Shown here piece by piece: positions 26,246-39,807 of a stretch of DNA of 64,000 bases. Source of the stretch: Octopus vulgaris (Eukaryota); NCBI GenBank assembly GCA_951406725.2, contig OX597815.1:156240001-156304000 (forward strand), read 5' to 3'. A program made the position numbers and the translations under genes. The notes below the pieces were generated by a model. It made no database searches and was not told where the DNA came from. It saw only the letters and a program-made list of their open reading frames with translations. The first letter of the stretch is position 1. Every line of letters begins with the position of its first letter.

Positions 26246-26332
26246 CTAGATACAAGCAATAGCTAGATATAATCTATAATATAATTGATTTGATAACATT
26301 TTAATAATATACATACACACTTGCGAACTAAA

Positions 26333-26852
26333 AAAGTAACTTTAGAAGGAAGCAACTATATACGCACGCACGCACATATACTAACATAGATAATGACATC
26401 CACGCATACAAATGCAATACCAATACTTGTGCGAGCTTACACACATGAACATAAATTTGGTTTCACCTTTATGTTCAATTTTTATGTTTTTATTTCTTAT
26501 TTTTGCTTGTTTATTTTTTATATTATATATTTAATTATTTACGTTTACTCTTATATACTTTAATTGATTATTATCATCAATATTGAATTTGAATATTGAT
26601 ATCTATGTCAATGAATGCGCAAATGAATACACAAGCTCACACAAATAACAAACAAGCTTTTATGTTATTAGTCTATACGTGCGCAGAATTGTATATGTGT
26701 TACCTCCCACGCAAACTTAACCATATAATGTTAAATGATATTACGATGAATAAATATCTAAATATAAACTATAATATAATTACTTTAATAACCTTTTACT
26801 AACATGCATACATACTAACGTACTAATGAAGTAAATTAGGAAGGAAACGTAC

Positions 26853-26891
<39 letters not shown>

Positions 26892-27270
26892 AGGATAGCA
26901 CACAAACAAAGATATCCACACTTTTTCTTATGTATATATAGATGTACACATAGACATACGCACACAAATATGCACACACGAACATAAATTTTATTTCAAT
27001 TTTATTTTTATCTTATTTTATCATTTATTTTTCCCCCTATATACTTTGATTTATATACTTTAATAAGTAACTTAGGAAGGAAACGTATACGCACACACAC
27101 ACATATTGGTGCATAAACAATTGACATCCAAACTTTTTGCGCAAATACATTCACGTACATATACACATACACATACACACACACGTATAAAAACATGAAC
27201 ATAAACATTTTATTTCAATTTTATTTTATTTTATTATATATTTTTACTCTTACATACTTTATATCATTAT
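26333..27270 (+). repeat. Three diverged copies of a ~240-bp unit (old tandem repeat)
   Basis: Unit AAGTAACTTAGGAAGGAAACGTA...GACATCCA...GAACATAAA.TTTTATTTCAATTTTAT...TATATACTTTA starts at about 26333, 26828 and 27065. Confidence 0.7.
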
Positions 27271-27302
27271 TTATAATCGCTATTGTTGTTGTTATTATTA
27301 TT

Positions 27303-29540
27303 GAGTGAGCAGTGCATGCCATCAAAGTAACACTGGGGTAAAATATACGAAGCCCAGTATACCCATTATGACTACCCGTCTGATAAGGGTACACCAGGCA
27401 CATGCATCACAACCATGCGTGCACGACATTGTAAGTTTCTCCATTTCTTTTAGAGAAACGTTGTCATCTGACGGTATTGATACATCAATTAGAAAGCATT
27501 TTTTTTCTTCATGATCTCTGACAACTATATCTGGTCTGTTGGCCTTAATTTCTCTATCTGTGTGTATCGGCATATCCCAGAGTATGGTTGCTTTCTCGTT
27601 TTCTGTGACCTTTTCTGGTGTGTGCCTATACCATCTTTTTTCTGTTGTTATTCCATAATGTTGGCATAGCTTCCAATGTATGTAGGTTCCAACTCTGTCA
27701 TGTCTGTGAATATATTCCTTCTTAGCCAGGACTGGGCAGCTAGAGATAATATGATTTATTGTTTCTTGTCCATCTCCACATATTCTGCAGTTACTTGTAA
27801 TATTTCTTTTCATTACATGTTTTTGGTAATTTCTGGTGGGGAGGCTTTGGTCTTGTGCTGCAATTAAAAATCCCTCTGTTTCTGCTTTGAGTCCTGAGCT
27901 TCTCAACCATTGCTGGGATTTTTCTTTGTCTATTTCTTTTGCGTTTAGTTTAGTGCAGTATTTACCATGAAGGGGCTTTTCTTGCCATCGTTTTATCATG
28001 GCTCGTTGCTGTTCTATTTTTAGTTTGGATTTCAATTGTTTTATAGCTTTTGTTGTTTCTTCATCATCTTCTTCTTCTTCTTTGTGTTTATTAGGTGGTA
28101 TGATTTCTTGTTTGTATTTGTCAGCTTCCTTAAATACTGAGAACAGTTTTTTGTTTTGCTCGTGTTTTGCTGCTATCTGGATCAGTTTTACTTCCTTCTG
28201 AAGTAGGTATTTTTGCAGTCCTATGGTGGTTATTTTATAGTAGTTTTCCAGCTGTATAAGGCCTCTACCACCTTCTATACGTTGTATATATAGTCTTTCT
28301 ATGTCAGATTTTGGGTGATGCATCCTAGATCCTGTCAGTATTTTTCTTGTTTTCCTATCTATTTTGGACAGTTCATTTCGTGTCCAGTTAAGGATATTGT
28401 AGCTGTAACTTATAGCTGGGACAGCTAAAGTGTTGATACCTATTATCTTGTTTTTAGCATTGAGCTCTGTTTTTAGTATTGATCTAACTCGTCTATAATA
28501 TTCTTTTTTATTTTCTCTTTCATTTGTGTGTGTTGTGTCTTATCTAGTTCATGGATTCCTAAGTATTTGTAAGTTTGGCTTTGGTCTAATTCTTTTATTT
28601 CATTGGTTTTATCTAGTGTGATGTTGTTACTCTTAACTAGTTTTCCTCTTTTCATGGTTACTTTGGCGCATTTTTCTAATCCAAATTTCATATCTATTTC
28701 TTTGGTAAATCCATGAACTGTCTTTAATAGTGTTTCCAGCTGTTTGTCATTTGCAGCGTATAGTTTTAGGTCATCCATATGTAAAAGGTGGCTGATCGTT
28801 TTGCCGTAACATTTATATCCGCATCCAGTTCTATTTAGCATATCAGATAGAGGTGACAGTGCCAAGCAGAAAAGGAGTGGAGAGAGCGTGTCTCCCTGGA
28901 ATATTCCTCTTCTAATGGGGATGTCTTTGGTTTTCATGAGTCCCTCTTTTGTTTGGAGGTGTAGGACTGTTTGCCATTTATTCATAGAGTGCTCTATGAA
29001 TTTTATGATTGTTGGTGCTACTTTGTTAATGGCTAGTGTTTCGAGGATCCATGTGTGGGGGATGCTATCAAACGCCTTTTTGTAGTCAATCCAGGCCATA
29101 CTGAGGCCTTTCTTCTTTCTGTGGCTGTCTTCAGTTACGGCTTTATTAATCATTAGTTGATCTTTACAGCCATATGAGCCTTTGCGGCATCCTTTCTGCT
29201 CTTCTGGGAACAGTTTGTTTTCGTCCATGTGCTTGTTCAGCCTTTGCGATATCACTGCAGTAAATGCCTTGAACATAGTAGGGAGGCAGGTTATTGGTCT
29301 GTAGTTTTCTGGTTTTGTTGTTTCATTTGATTTGGGAATTAAGATGGTTTTCCCCTTCGTGAGCCATTCAGGCATTGTCTCTGGCTCTGCTAGTATGCTG
29401 TTAAAGTTTTCAGCCAGCTTCTTGTGCATTCCTGTTAGATATTTCAACCAGAAGTTGGGGATCTTGTCATGCCCAGGTGCCTTCCAGTTGCTTAGTTTTT
29501 GCAGTGCCTGGGTGACCTCTTCAGTTGTTATGGGGGTCCA
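27303..29540 (-). mobile_element. 5'-truncated R4/Dong-clade (RLE) non-LTR retrotransposon inserted in (TAA)n; RT, CCHC finger and partial RLE
   Basis: NWKAPGHDKIPNFWLK, YRPITCLPTMFK, EQKGCRKGSYGCKDQL, AWIDYKKAFDSIPH, RRGIFQGDTLSPLLF, HLLHMDDLK, GGRGL, CRICGDGQETINHIISSC, RHDRV and RPDIVV...LIDVSIP. One frameshift near 28500. (TAA)n on both flanks. Confidence 0.95.
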
Positions 29541-29541
29541 A

Positions 29542-29636
<95 letters not shown>

Positions 29637-29687
29637 CATCATTATTATTACTATTACTACTAGTATTATTATTATGATTATTATTAA

Positions 29688-29751
<64 letters not shown>
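29541..29751. repeat. (ATT)n microsatellite, ~210 bp; target of the Dong-like element
   Basis: Directly visible; abuts the element's 5' truncation point. Confidence 0.95.
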
Positions 29752-30555
29752 GAATTTAAAATAAAAGTAATAATTTTAAAGCATGCCTGCACACACACGC
29801 ACACATACACACATAGTAAATATTGGAGTATTTCAACCGATCAAAATGTAATCTCAGTAACGTACTGTTTCATGCCTTGAAAAGTTTCCACCCAAAGTAT
29901 TTTGAAATACAAGCATATATTTATATATATAATTTGTAATATAAAGTGGATGTGAAATAAAACAATCGTAGGCAATGATAATCAATTAATATATTAATTT
30001 ATATCCATTGAATCTCTCCGTTTTCAAATTTAATAATTATATATATATGTGTGTGTGTGTGTGTGTGATTCTGTGTGTGTGTCTGTGTGTTTGTGAGTGT
30101 GTCTGTGTGTGTCCGTGTGTCTGTGTGTGTCTCTGTATCTGTATGTAATCTCTTTATAATACTGGTATGATGTGCAAACCTTGGCAATTTGAACCCCCGA
30201 CAGAAACAGCTGTAAGAGTATAGTATTATTCACTCATTTATTCTTCTTCATTTATTTATTTATTATTTACTTGTTTATTTACGTACTTATATATATGATT
30301 GTAATTAATTAATAAATAAATCCAAATGAATGTCTACAGGCTGATGGTTGTTGATTGATTACCTTCATTTCCTTCTTTGCGTTATAAATTATGGGTAAAT
30401 TTCTGCTCTACTCCCACTGATACATATTATTCAATTGCGCTACTGCCATACAACTTTAAGTATTTGGATATGAATATATAGCTATAGATCCAGTAGTACA
30501 TTGGATATTTATTATCCCTTAGAGTGTTGTTTAACCTCAAACTCGTACAAACGTT

Positions 30556-30621
<66 letters not shown>

Positions 30622-30628
<7 letters not shown>

Positions 30629-30955
30629 ACGAATTGGACAGCCATGAAACGATCCTAGTGTTTTACTCATTATCTTTTATTAAACTTTTAATACTTTTGA
30701 TATATATTTAAAATAATATAAATTAATTAATTTTATGTATTGGCTTAAGTTTTTCATTGTTTGATTTGCCTAATAGTGGTTTTATCTCTAATTTAATATA
30801 ATATATATATATATGGAAAAAAAGGCAAGATAGAAAATGCTAAAATAACTTTATAAAAAAACAATTCAGTACCGGTTTCAGTCATTGAGAGTTTTTTCAA
30901 CTTTAAGTATGGAAAACAATTAAATTAAGAAAAAATTTTTTAAATTATATATATA
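30622..30955. repeat. Two (TA)n-delimited fragments in opposite orientation; probable PLE terminal-repeat pieces
   Basis: 30622-30800 shares its end with the 25401-25710 arms. 30812-30950 (-) contains TTGAAAA-AACTCTCAATGACT-GAAACCGGTA-CTG. Confidence 0.5.
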
Positions 30956-31075
30956 CATGACAGAAGTAAATAGACATCCAGTAAAACATCCTTTTACGTT
31001 TATTCTAACCTGTAAAGATTTATATTTTTGATATATTAATTTATGTTTTAGGTTCTATATGTGACTGTATAATCA

Positions 31076-31652
31076 TGCAAACAAGACTTGGAACTGTCAG
31101 AATTTCAAAGAGGCCGTGTGGGTATTTCTGAAGGTGCACATAACGTAAAATTGCAGAAAACCTTAGGATCCAGCTTTCTACCGTTAATAGAGTAATTGTG
31201 CAATTCACCAGAGAGAGGGAGGTGTCCACATCACCTTGCCCAGATCAAGCAGGGCCCCCTGACAGGACCCTTCCTTTTGCTAAGAGACGTGTGGAGAATA
31301 ATCCTCTTTGCAAGGCCTCTGACATAGCAGAACAAGTTGATTTCAATCCCAGAACAGCTGTCAGGTGTCTCCACAAACTTGGTTACTATGGCAGAACAGA
31401 AAGAAGGAAGCCACTTCTTCAACCAGCCAACGTCATACGGAGAAATGTTTGGGCCAGTGAGATGGTGGAGGGGCCACTAGCATTTTGGGATACAGTCATA
31501 TTTTCTGATGAGTTCAGATTTGCTGTATTTCCTGACAGTGGACGAGTGTGAGTCTGGAGACTGCGATCAAGAATTTAATGAAAAAATATTACAGTGTCAA
31601 TGAAACAAGGCAGCTATTCTGTGATGGTCTGGAGAGCAATTTGGAGCTATGG
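31076..31652 (+). mobile_element. Decayed Tc1-family transposase fragment
   Basis: RKIAENLRIQLSTVNRVI (HTH), GYYGRTERRKPLL, WDTVIFSDEFRF (first Asp), V*VWR and SVMVWRAIW. Contains stops and is truncated. Confidence 0.9.
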
Positions 31653-32836
31653 TAAGGAAAGTAACACAAAAATAAGCAGAGAAAGAAAGAGAGAGAGAAA
31701 ATTAAAAAAAAGGTTTAGTGGCAAGCGATCAATCATGGTGGTATGTAAGTATGCATGCAGAGAGAACGAGAAAGAATGGTTTTTCTTAATACAGTACGAT
31801 GTCCTTTAAAGTATATTTGGCTGCTATATCGATCTGAATTAAATTTCATACTTAGAGGACGTCTTGTTAATTATTGAAAGCAGAATCTTCTGAGGTGTTT
31901 TAATACCACGTTAAGCATTTTTGCGTCATTTATTCATACGGCTATCGATAGTGGTCAACGAGGTTTAAGTTCAAATTAGAGGTTTTGCTTCACATCTAAT
32001 ACTCAGCTAAGTAGCTAACGTTTGCCAAATATTTCATTCCATATTTTGTTTATAATTTCAGTGCATGAGTCTGTTGAAACTGATGTGAAAATCTACTGAG
32101 ACATCAGTCTCATGCTCAAATATTTTGCTGTAAATCGGTACCATGAGTTAGTATATCTCACTGATATACCGATTGGAAGCGCGTATAATAGCAGTATATC
32201 AAACATCGCAATGATCTGTTCAAGTCTGAAGAAGGCAACGAGTTACCATCACTACAATTTCTATACAATACTTAAGCCATATTATGGCTCACCATCAACT
32301 CAACCGCTTACAAGACATTTTTTCCTATTCATTTAATTAAATTACATTCTTTTGTATTCAGTAATAAATGTCCTATGAATATGCCTAATCGTTTGCGATG
32401 TGGTATAGTGAATAGGAGAAAAAAATTTCCTGACAATGCAATCTTCCATACCGAGCTCATCTTAATCAATATCACAGAAATAATAATTTGTATTTTTTTA
32501 TATTTAAAAAGAAACGGTCTTTGTTCGTTGGTAATGTGCTTAATATATGATGTGATGACATAGTGGAGTAGTGTCCTACTGAAGAAATATGAATAGATTA
32601 CTGAAATGCATTAGGAAGTTATTAGATGTGATACTAAATATAGTCACTGAAATATTTGTTTCAAATATTGCATGTTTTCGAATCGATATAAAAGGCAACT
32701 GAAATATATCGATTTCAGGCTAAAATTGTCTCCAGTACATTTAGAGGATTTCGTCAAACCTGGTGGAAGACACAGAACGAAGAAACATAAATATAAATAG
32801 CATTTTAGGAAAAAAATAAGGCTGATTTTATTATTA

Positions 32837-32909
<73 letters not shown>

Positions 32910-33450
32910 CATCATCATCATTATCGAAAGAAAGGGAATATTTGCAACAGATACTACACGAAGCATCGTCTCTTCTGTTTGGCCTGGTTTGTTCTGTTGT
33001 GTTTCATTGTGAAACGAACTGAAATTTTCAACGACTGAATGACTGAGAAATACAAGAATTAATAAATAAATCATTCTTCTGAGTTATTTCGAACGTCTTG
33101 AAGGAGAACATTCAAAATTTTGTTTATAGAAAGTAAAATTATATTACGCTAACGAGAACAGTTTTAATCCATTTAGTTCTAATGAAAAGTGGATTATGGC
33201 ATTTTCATGTTTGCTTCACTTATTGATAAATTAGAAATGAAATGTAGTTTGACGCTGTAAGGCATATATGTTGAAGGACGTATTTGTTTATTTATTTATT
33301 CCTTTGTTTCAAAATGTTTCTCACGTACTTTGACATACCTGCCAGATTTGAAAGGAGAGATAAGTGCTTTTCAGTGAGATATATGTTTATGTGTTTCTAT
33401 CCAACAATATCATGAAAGACCACAAATATACATGCAATGTATATACATAA

Positions 33451-33514
<64 letters not shown>

Positions 33515-36119
33515 GTGTGTGTGTATGCATATAGTAATAATTACGAACATGATGCTAGCCAACGAACAAGTTTTTAGGTCGACACTCAAAGTGTTAGAAA
33601 TATCAACCAAATTCACTTCAGACTACATACCTTAACATCATAGTAAGAGGCACGATGGATAAGCCGAGCTTGGGTTCGCTGCACAAAGGAGAAAGACGTG
33701 ATGGGTAGGTTAAAATGAATTTGACCATAGATTTGATCGACTATGGATCACCTGGTGTTAAAGACTAACAACAACGGCACTGATTGATATCCATACTTCT
33801 AGGTTCCTGAAAGGTAGGAATGCCATACATTCTGTATCATCCTCCTTTTACATTGCTATAGAAGCCTATTACAGGCAAAGAAATATACAATGTGATCAAG
33901 CTAATTTCTTAGCTTCAGAAGAAACGATCTTATTCATAGTAATATAAGAGAACCACCAGTTGTTTATCTCTTGTACAGAAAACCATTAAATTATTTCTAT
34001 GGTATTCTGAGGTCAGAGTTTGAAACATCTCAAAAAATGCAAAACATCTTAAAGAGAATAAAAGAGTTTTCAAAAATGAGCGAGTGAAACATCGAAGAAC
34101 GCAAACCTACTAGGACTACATGTATGTTAGCAACAATATTTAGAATTTGTATTTTTCATTATGCTACACTAGTCTATACAACGCTACTGCTTGCGCTGTT
34201 CGATTCTTTGTTCTGGTATTTTAACAAAAGAATGTTTTAGGCCTACACCCACTGCCGAACATAAAAGAGGGAATCATATTGTCTTAAAACTGCGAGTGCT
34301 GCTGCTGAAAGAAAAGTGGGGGTATAGTAAAATCGATCGTAGCATAATTTCCACACTAAAATCTCAGCGGCCAACTATTGAAAGCTGTCACATTATTGAA
34401 AAGAAGTCAAGAGCGAAGATGAGAGCTTATAATATCGGCAAGACGTGATTACTTCGATATTGCAATGAAAATGTATGAAATAATTCTTTTCCCTTGATAT
34501 ATATTTAAAATATAAGATATCATCATGAAACACAATTTAAAATTTATTAACAAACTACTTTGAAATGCAATCTTACATCCGAATTCAACGGTATATAATG
34601 TTTACTGTTTACGTGAGATACTTCCAACTGAAAAAGTGTCTCTCTATTTACTTTCCATTCATTCAGATATGCTATAACAAAAATGGAGGGTGAGTTACCT
34701 ATTCAGATATTCTATAACTCACATGACAGGTATACTGCCAGTGAAGGAATTTATTGAGCATTGCCACCATAGATAATCCAAACAATATTCACACGTTTGT
34801 ATAACTTCAAAATTAGGGTTTAAAATAGAACTATGAAGGACAATATGTCTTTGCGTTAAGCCAAAGTAAACAACGTTGAAAATTTCTGATGACCGAATTG
34901 ATAGAGTACCGAATAACCAGATGTACTACTGCCGATTTCTATTTATAGCAGTATTGTTTTATGACTTTTTAAAATATTCAAATCTTGTTATGACTCTCTA
35001 AATCAAGGACCATATACCTGCCTCCCTTATTAGTTATTTGTCTCAACAAGTACCTCTTAGTGTGATTGAATTCTTATTTCTTTACTGCCCACAAGGGGCT
35101 ACACACAGATATTTTCGAGGTCGGCTTTGCTTTTCATAAAATAAGAACCAGTTGAGCAATGGGGTCGATGTAACCGACTTACCTCATCCCCCAAAATTGC
35201 TGGCCTGTTGACAACATTTGAAATTAATCTATCTCATGATTTATTTATATTCTTTAATATTCATGTCCAAAATTGGTATACTTCGGTTTCGCGCATGTCT
35301 CTAGGCACGCTAAATTAAATATTAGTCAGCTAGTGGCTTTAGTTGAAACAAAACTTATGCTAACAGAATTTAATATAATAGAAAGTTAAAGCATAATTCT
35401 GTTAAAAAAATATGAAATAAATCCCATTTTTTAAATATAATTGTATTATAGATATTCAACCGGTTTCTTTTGATATGAATGCATTTCTGAATATGATGTT
35501 CATCGTCTTCACATAATCACAATGAAACATATTCATAGCATCATGCCATTACAGCGTCCCATCATCTTTGATGCTATTTATCAATATCATATTAAAGTGG
35601 GTGGACGTAATTGCCACAGTAGAACACTGGGATCAACACAATAATTCATTTATTTTCTCTTTCCTTTCTTTCTGTTTCTTCTTAAGTTTCAAATTGCACT
35701 AATATCAACCTTCAGATATTCAGGTTCGAGACGAATTATGTGTAATATTTATTAAATCTTGCGTGCGCAGAAAGTAAAAGTCATGGGTATTCGATTCTAA
35801 TTCAATTCCATATTTAAAGTAATTACCATTTTACTTTTTACTCTGACAATACCTCTTAGACATGCATGTATGTGACACGCTCGTATTGCAAACTACGGCA
35901 ATAATTTTTGGCTTTTGTCTGCAAATATGAAGCACATTTCACAGTTACTATTTGCTCATGCGCGCGCTCTCTCTCTCCTTCTTTCTCTTGTTAACAAAAA
36001 TCACTAGATATAAGTTTGCCATATGTCACTCTTAAAATAAATCCTCATGACAGTCATCGAGTAGTTTTTACAGCTGTATTAAAAACAGTAAAGTAAGTGG
36101 AGTCTAGAATCTTAAGGAT

Positions 36120-36345
36120 CAAAGAGCCGGTCATCCGGTTCCAGTGGCGTATAAATGACCGAGAATACATTTTCATTAAATGGGACACCAGTTCATCTCA
36201 AATTTATCCATTTACAGCTGGATGAACTGGAGCAACGTGAAATAAAATGTTTTGCCCAGAAACACAACACACCGTCTTGAAATCACAACCACGATCTTGC
36301 GAGTATGAGTGCAACGAGCTAACCACTAGGTCACGCGCCATCACA
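36120..36345 (-). mobile_element. Degenerate tRNA-derived SINE
   Basis: Minus strand GGCGCGTGACCTAGTGGTTAG...GTGTTGTGTTTCTGGGCAAAACATTTTATTTCACGTTGCTCCAGTTCATCCAGCTGTAAATGG. Relatives at 59335-59610 (+) and 59740-59890 (-). Confidence 0.7.
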
Positions 36346-38411
36346 TTAAAAGAGAGTATTGGAAATGAAAATAGTTTGCCAACTGTATAATCTTCAAATT
36401 AAGAGATTGTTATAAAATTCTAACTACAAACCCGCCACGAAAGAGTATAGAACTTATTAAATATGTTACTTTAGTTGTCAATCTCTAAATTACAAGAAGC
36501 AGTATTATCTATTGTAATAGCCTAAGAATACAAAGCCACGGTCGGTCGATCTCGATTTGAAACATAAATTGGTCATCGAAATTAGAAAGAAAATTAATCG
36601 ATTGTTATTTCATTAACCAAATTATGCCAATCTTTGAAGTCTAATGGTCTATAAGATGTCTCTTATGATATCTTAATATGTTAATAGATCCGCTTCTATT
36701 TTGCCGTCTTGGTTGACTTCATGATTGTACGTATGCATGTATGTACGCACGTACGTATGTATGTATGTATGTATGTATGTATGTATGTATGTATGTATGT
36801 ATGTATGTATGTATGTATGTATGTATCATTCAACCACGGTAGTGGTAGAATATATTCTTAAGTCCACCATTTCGTCAATCGCGGCAGCTTCCAAGCTAAG
36901 CCACTAATTCAATTCTCACCTAAATCGCAAACTGCTAATAGTTTCAAAGGGGATCCATTCTCAGCTACACATTGGCATGAATAGTTTGAGATTTGTTTCA
37001 GTAGAAAATAAAAACTTTCATTAAATTATCTGTGACCTCAAAGAAGACAGTAAGACAGATATTCACCTTCAATTAACACTATTTTTTAAATTTTAAATCA
37101 AAAGCATACTTTTCTTGGGCTTAGATGATAGAAAAAATGCATGAGAAATTCAGAATCGTTAGCTGCATTGAACAAAAGTTAGTAGGAAAATAGTTATGAA
37201 GTAAAATATTACGAAATTTTTGTCAGTAAGTAAGGAAGTAAGGGTGTAACGCTTAAGCAATAAGAATAAAGAATATATTTCTAAAATGAATATTTGCGTT
37301 TTATTGTGGCGAGCTGGCAAACACGTTAGCACGCCGGGTGAAATTCTTAGCGGTATGTTGTCTGTTTTTGAATTTTGAGTTCAAATTTGGCTGAGGTCGA
37401 CTTTGAAGTACAGATTTTTTTCTTTTTCTTTTTTTCACTAAACACTTTCAAACTTCCGATACTGGTAGAATGTGTCACATAAAACAGGGTTTACTCTTAA
37501 CGTTTTTGACAAAATTTTGTATTTTAGAAGTTATTTCGTCAGAAGTTACAGAGTGACAATGGTCAAATTCGTGTTTGATAAGTGCCAATACACGAAACTC
37601 TGAGCTTTTGACTTACTCTCTAACTTCTGCCGATGATATATATACATATCACATATATGTGTAAAAAATGTCATCATGCAATCTAACCGATGAAAGAGCC
37701 TCTACCTCGTCGCTCGGCACGCTAAAAATAGCAGCCAATGTATCCTCCTGTCTAAATCACACGCCCATTGTATGTAATGTCCTAGATTATCTCTAAACTG
37801 ACGGTTTGCTGAAAGCTGTAATGTCTTTGATGATAGGTTTGCAGTATCAGGGTTGATTTGAGGCTAAGTAATAACATTATAGTAAATTTCTATATTAACA
37901 CCCGCACAATTTTCACTAAGAAAAAGAAATTAGATTTTTTGCGTGGAATCAAGTACCCTAACGTTCTAATATGCTGCAAATCCCTTATTTTGCTTCGGAA
38001 AAAATGAGGTGGGATCCCACCCCCCCAATCTCGGAATCATTGGAATTTTTTTTTTCGTTGACTGAATTCCTGTGACCTCCTTATATTGCAAAATTAGGTT
38101 AGTTAAGGTGAGCCTGGTAACTGATGGTTTTGGGATCTTGTTGTTTGTAACTTTTGGTGAGCCATGGTGCAACCAACAACATGGTAAAAATCTCTGCCAT
38201 TAATTTAGTGTGGATGGTTAATATCAAATAATTTAATCAAAACATATATTTAAATTTAATATGAAAAAAATTGAAATATTATCATCACTTACATAGAAAA
38301 ATTGAAACATTATCTTTCAGTATTTTATAAGGCAAACATCTTAAATTATTAATTGACACATTATTAATTATCTTATAGCAGCAATGCCTGGAAAAATCAT
38401 GGATTACACTA

Positions 38412-38872
38412 AAAAATGCGAACATGAAAAGTAATATTCTTAAGATTATAAACTTGGGAAAAGGACAAGCTATCGTCCTTTTTCCAGCTATTGTCCTTTT
38501 TCTAGTAAAGTAAAGAATAAGAAACTTTTTACTTAAAATATTGCAGCTAAAATTAGAATTTTAATATTAAAACTTATTTTATAGTTTACAGATAACACTC
38601 TACTTATTTAAGTAGAATTTGGCTAATTTACTACTTTAAATACAGAAAAAAGTGACTAATTAGGCAAACTTACAAATTAACTGAACAGTTTTGTACGATA
38701 AATTAAAAAGATGAGAACTATAAAGAGTGATAAATTAGAAGAACTGGCATTCTTTGCTGTAATATTTTAAATAAAAAGTTTCTTATTCTTTAATTTACTA
38801 GAAGTAATAGCTTATCCTATACTTTTACAGGTTTATAATCTTAAGAACATTATTTTTCATGCTCGCATTTTT
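38412..38872. mobile_element. MITE-like element, ~460 bp with ~130-bp imperfect TIRs
   Basis: AAAAATGCGAACATGAAAAGTAATATTCTTAAGATTATAAAC...CTAGTAAAGTAAAGAATAAGAAACTTTTTA versus TAAAAAGTTTCTTATTCTTTAATTTACTAG...GTTTATAATCTTAAGAACATTATTTTTCATGCTCGCATTTTT. Confidence 0.75.
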
Positions 38873-39626
38873 CCAAGTAATGTATGTATGCATGTATGTA
38901 TGCATGCATGCAAATATGCATGGATGGATGGATGAACAGGTGGATGAGTGGAAAGACTGATGTATAAAGTGAAAGAAGCGTGTGATAATCATGTGAGTGC
39001 ATGGGTCATTGACTGTATCGCTGAATTGCGATTATATGCACTTAGAGAAGAGTGTTGCTTTTTGTTTAGCTCCAAATTGGCCCCTAATGAAATACAACTA
39101 TGGTCAAAAGAAATCAAGATATGACCCTTCTGTAAACCTTTTTTTTTTAAATTTTCAGGGATAGTTAATTCAGACTATTTTAACCAATGGGTTCCTTTTT
39201 AAGACAAGAGAGTATGCTTTCAGAGATATTTGGTTGCTACTTCTAGCAACTCAAGCAATTAAATAAAATCTCACCCGCAGTAGGATATAAAATAGAGCAA
39301 AATGAAATTTATTTCGAGATATCATATGGTTAGTAAGCGCCATTATTGTAATAGAGTTGAAAGTATATGTGTGTGTGTGTAGTGGGGAGAAACTGGTGAG
39401 TTTCTGTTGAATGCTAAAAGCTATGCTTCGCTGAGAAGGTCTAATAAGATCGAAATATATTCATTGATTACCCCAGCTAACTTTAAAGACCAAACCTATT
39501 CTGAACCTCAGTTTCTATATTCTCCAAATGTTTACTTGTTTTATGAGAGAAGTTTTACCTGCCCGTCGTTTTGTTTTTAAATTTTAAACAAAACCGGGTA
39601 ATTTTTCAACACATTTCATGAACGGC

Positions 39627-39807
<181 letters not shown>

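Noticed and set aside
29541-29810. Hydrophobic poly-Ile N-terminus on the 445-aa RT ORF, suggesting a membrane-anchored RT
   Set aside because: Read-through of the (TAA)n target microsatellite.
32640-33045. Two good minus-strand splice acceptors (~33043 and ~32760) followed by open frames
   Set aside because: No convincing donor sites and no recognisable peptide; cannot be supported without RNA data.
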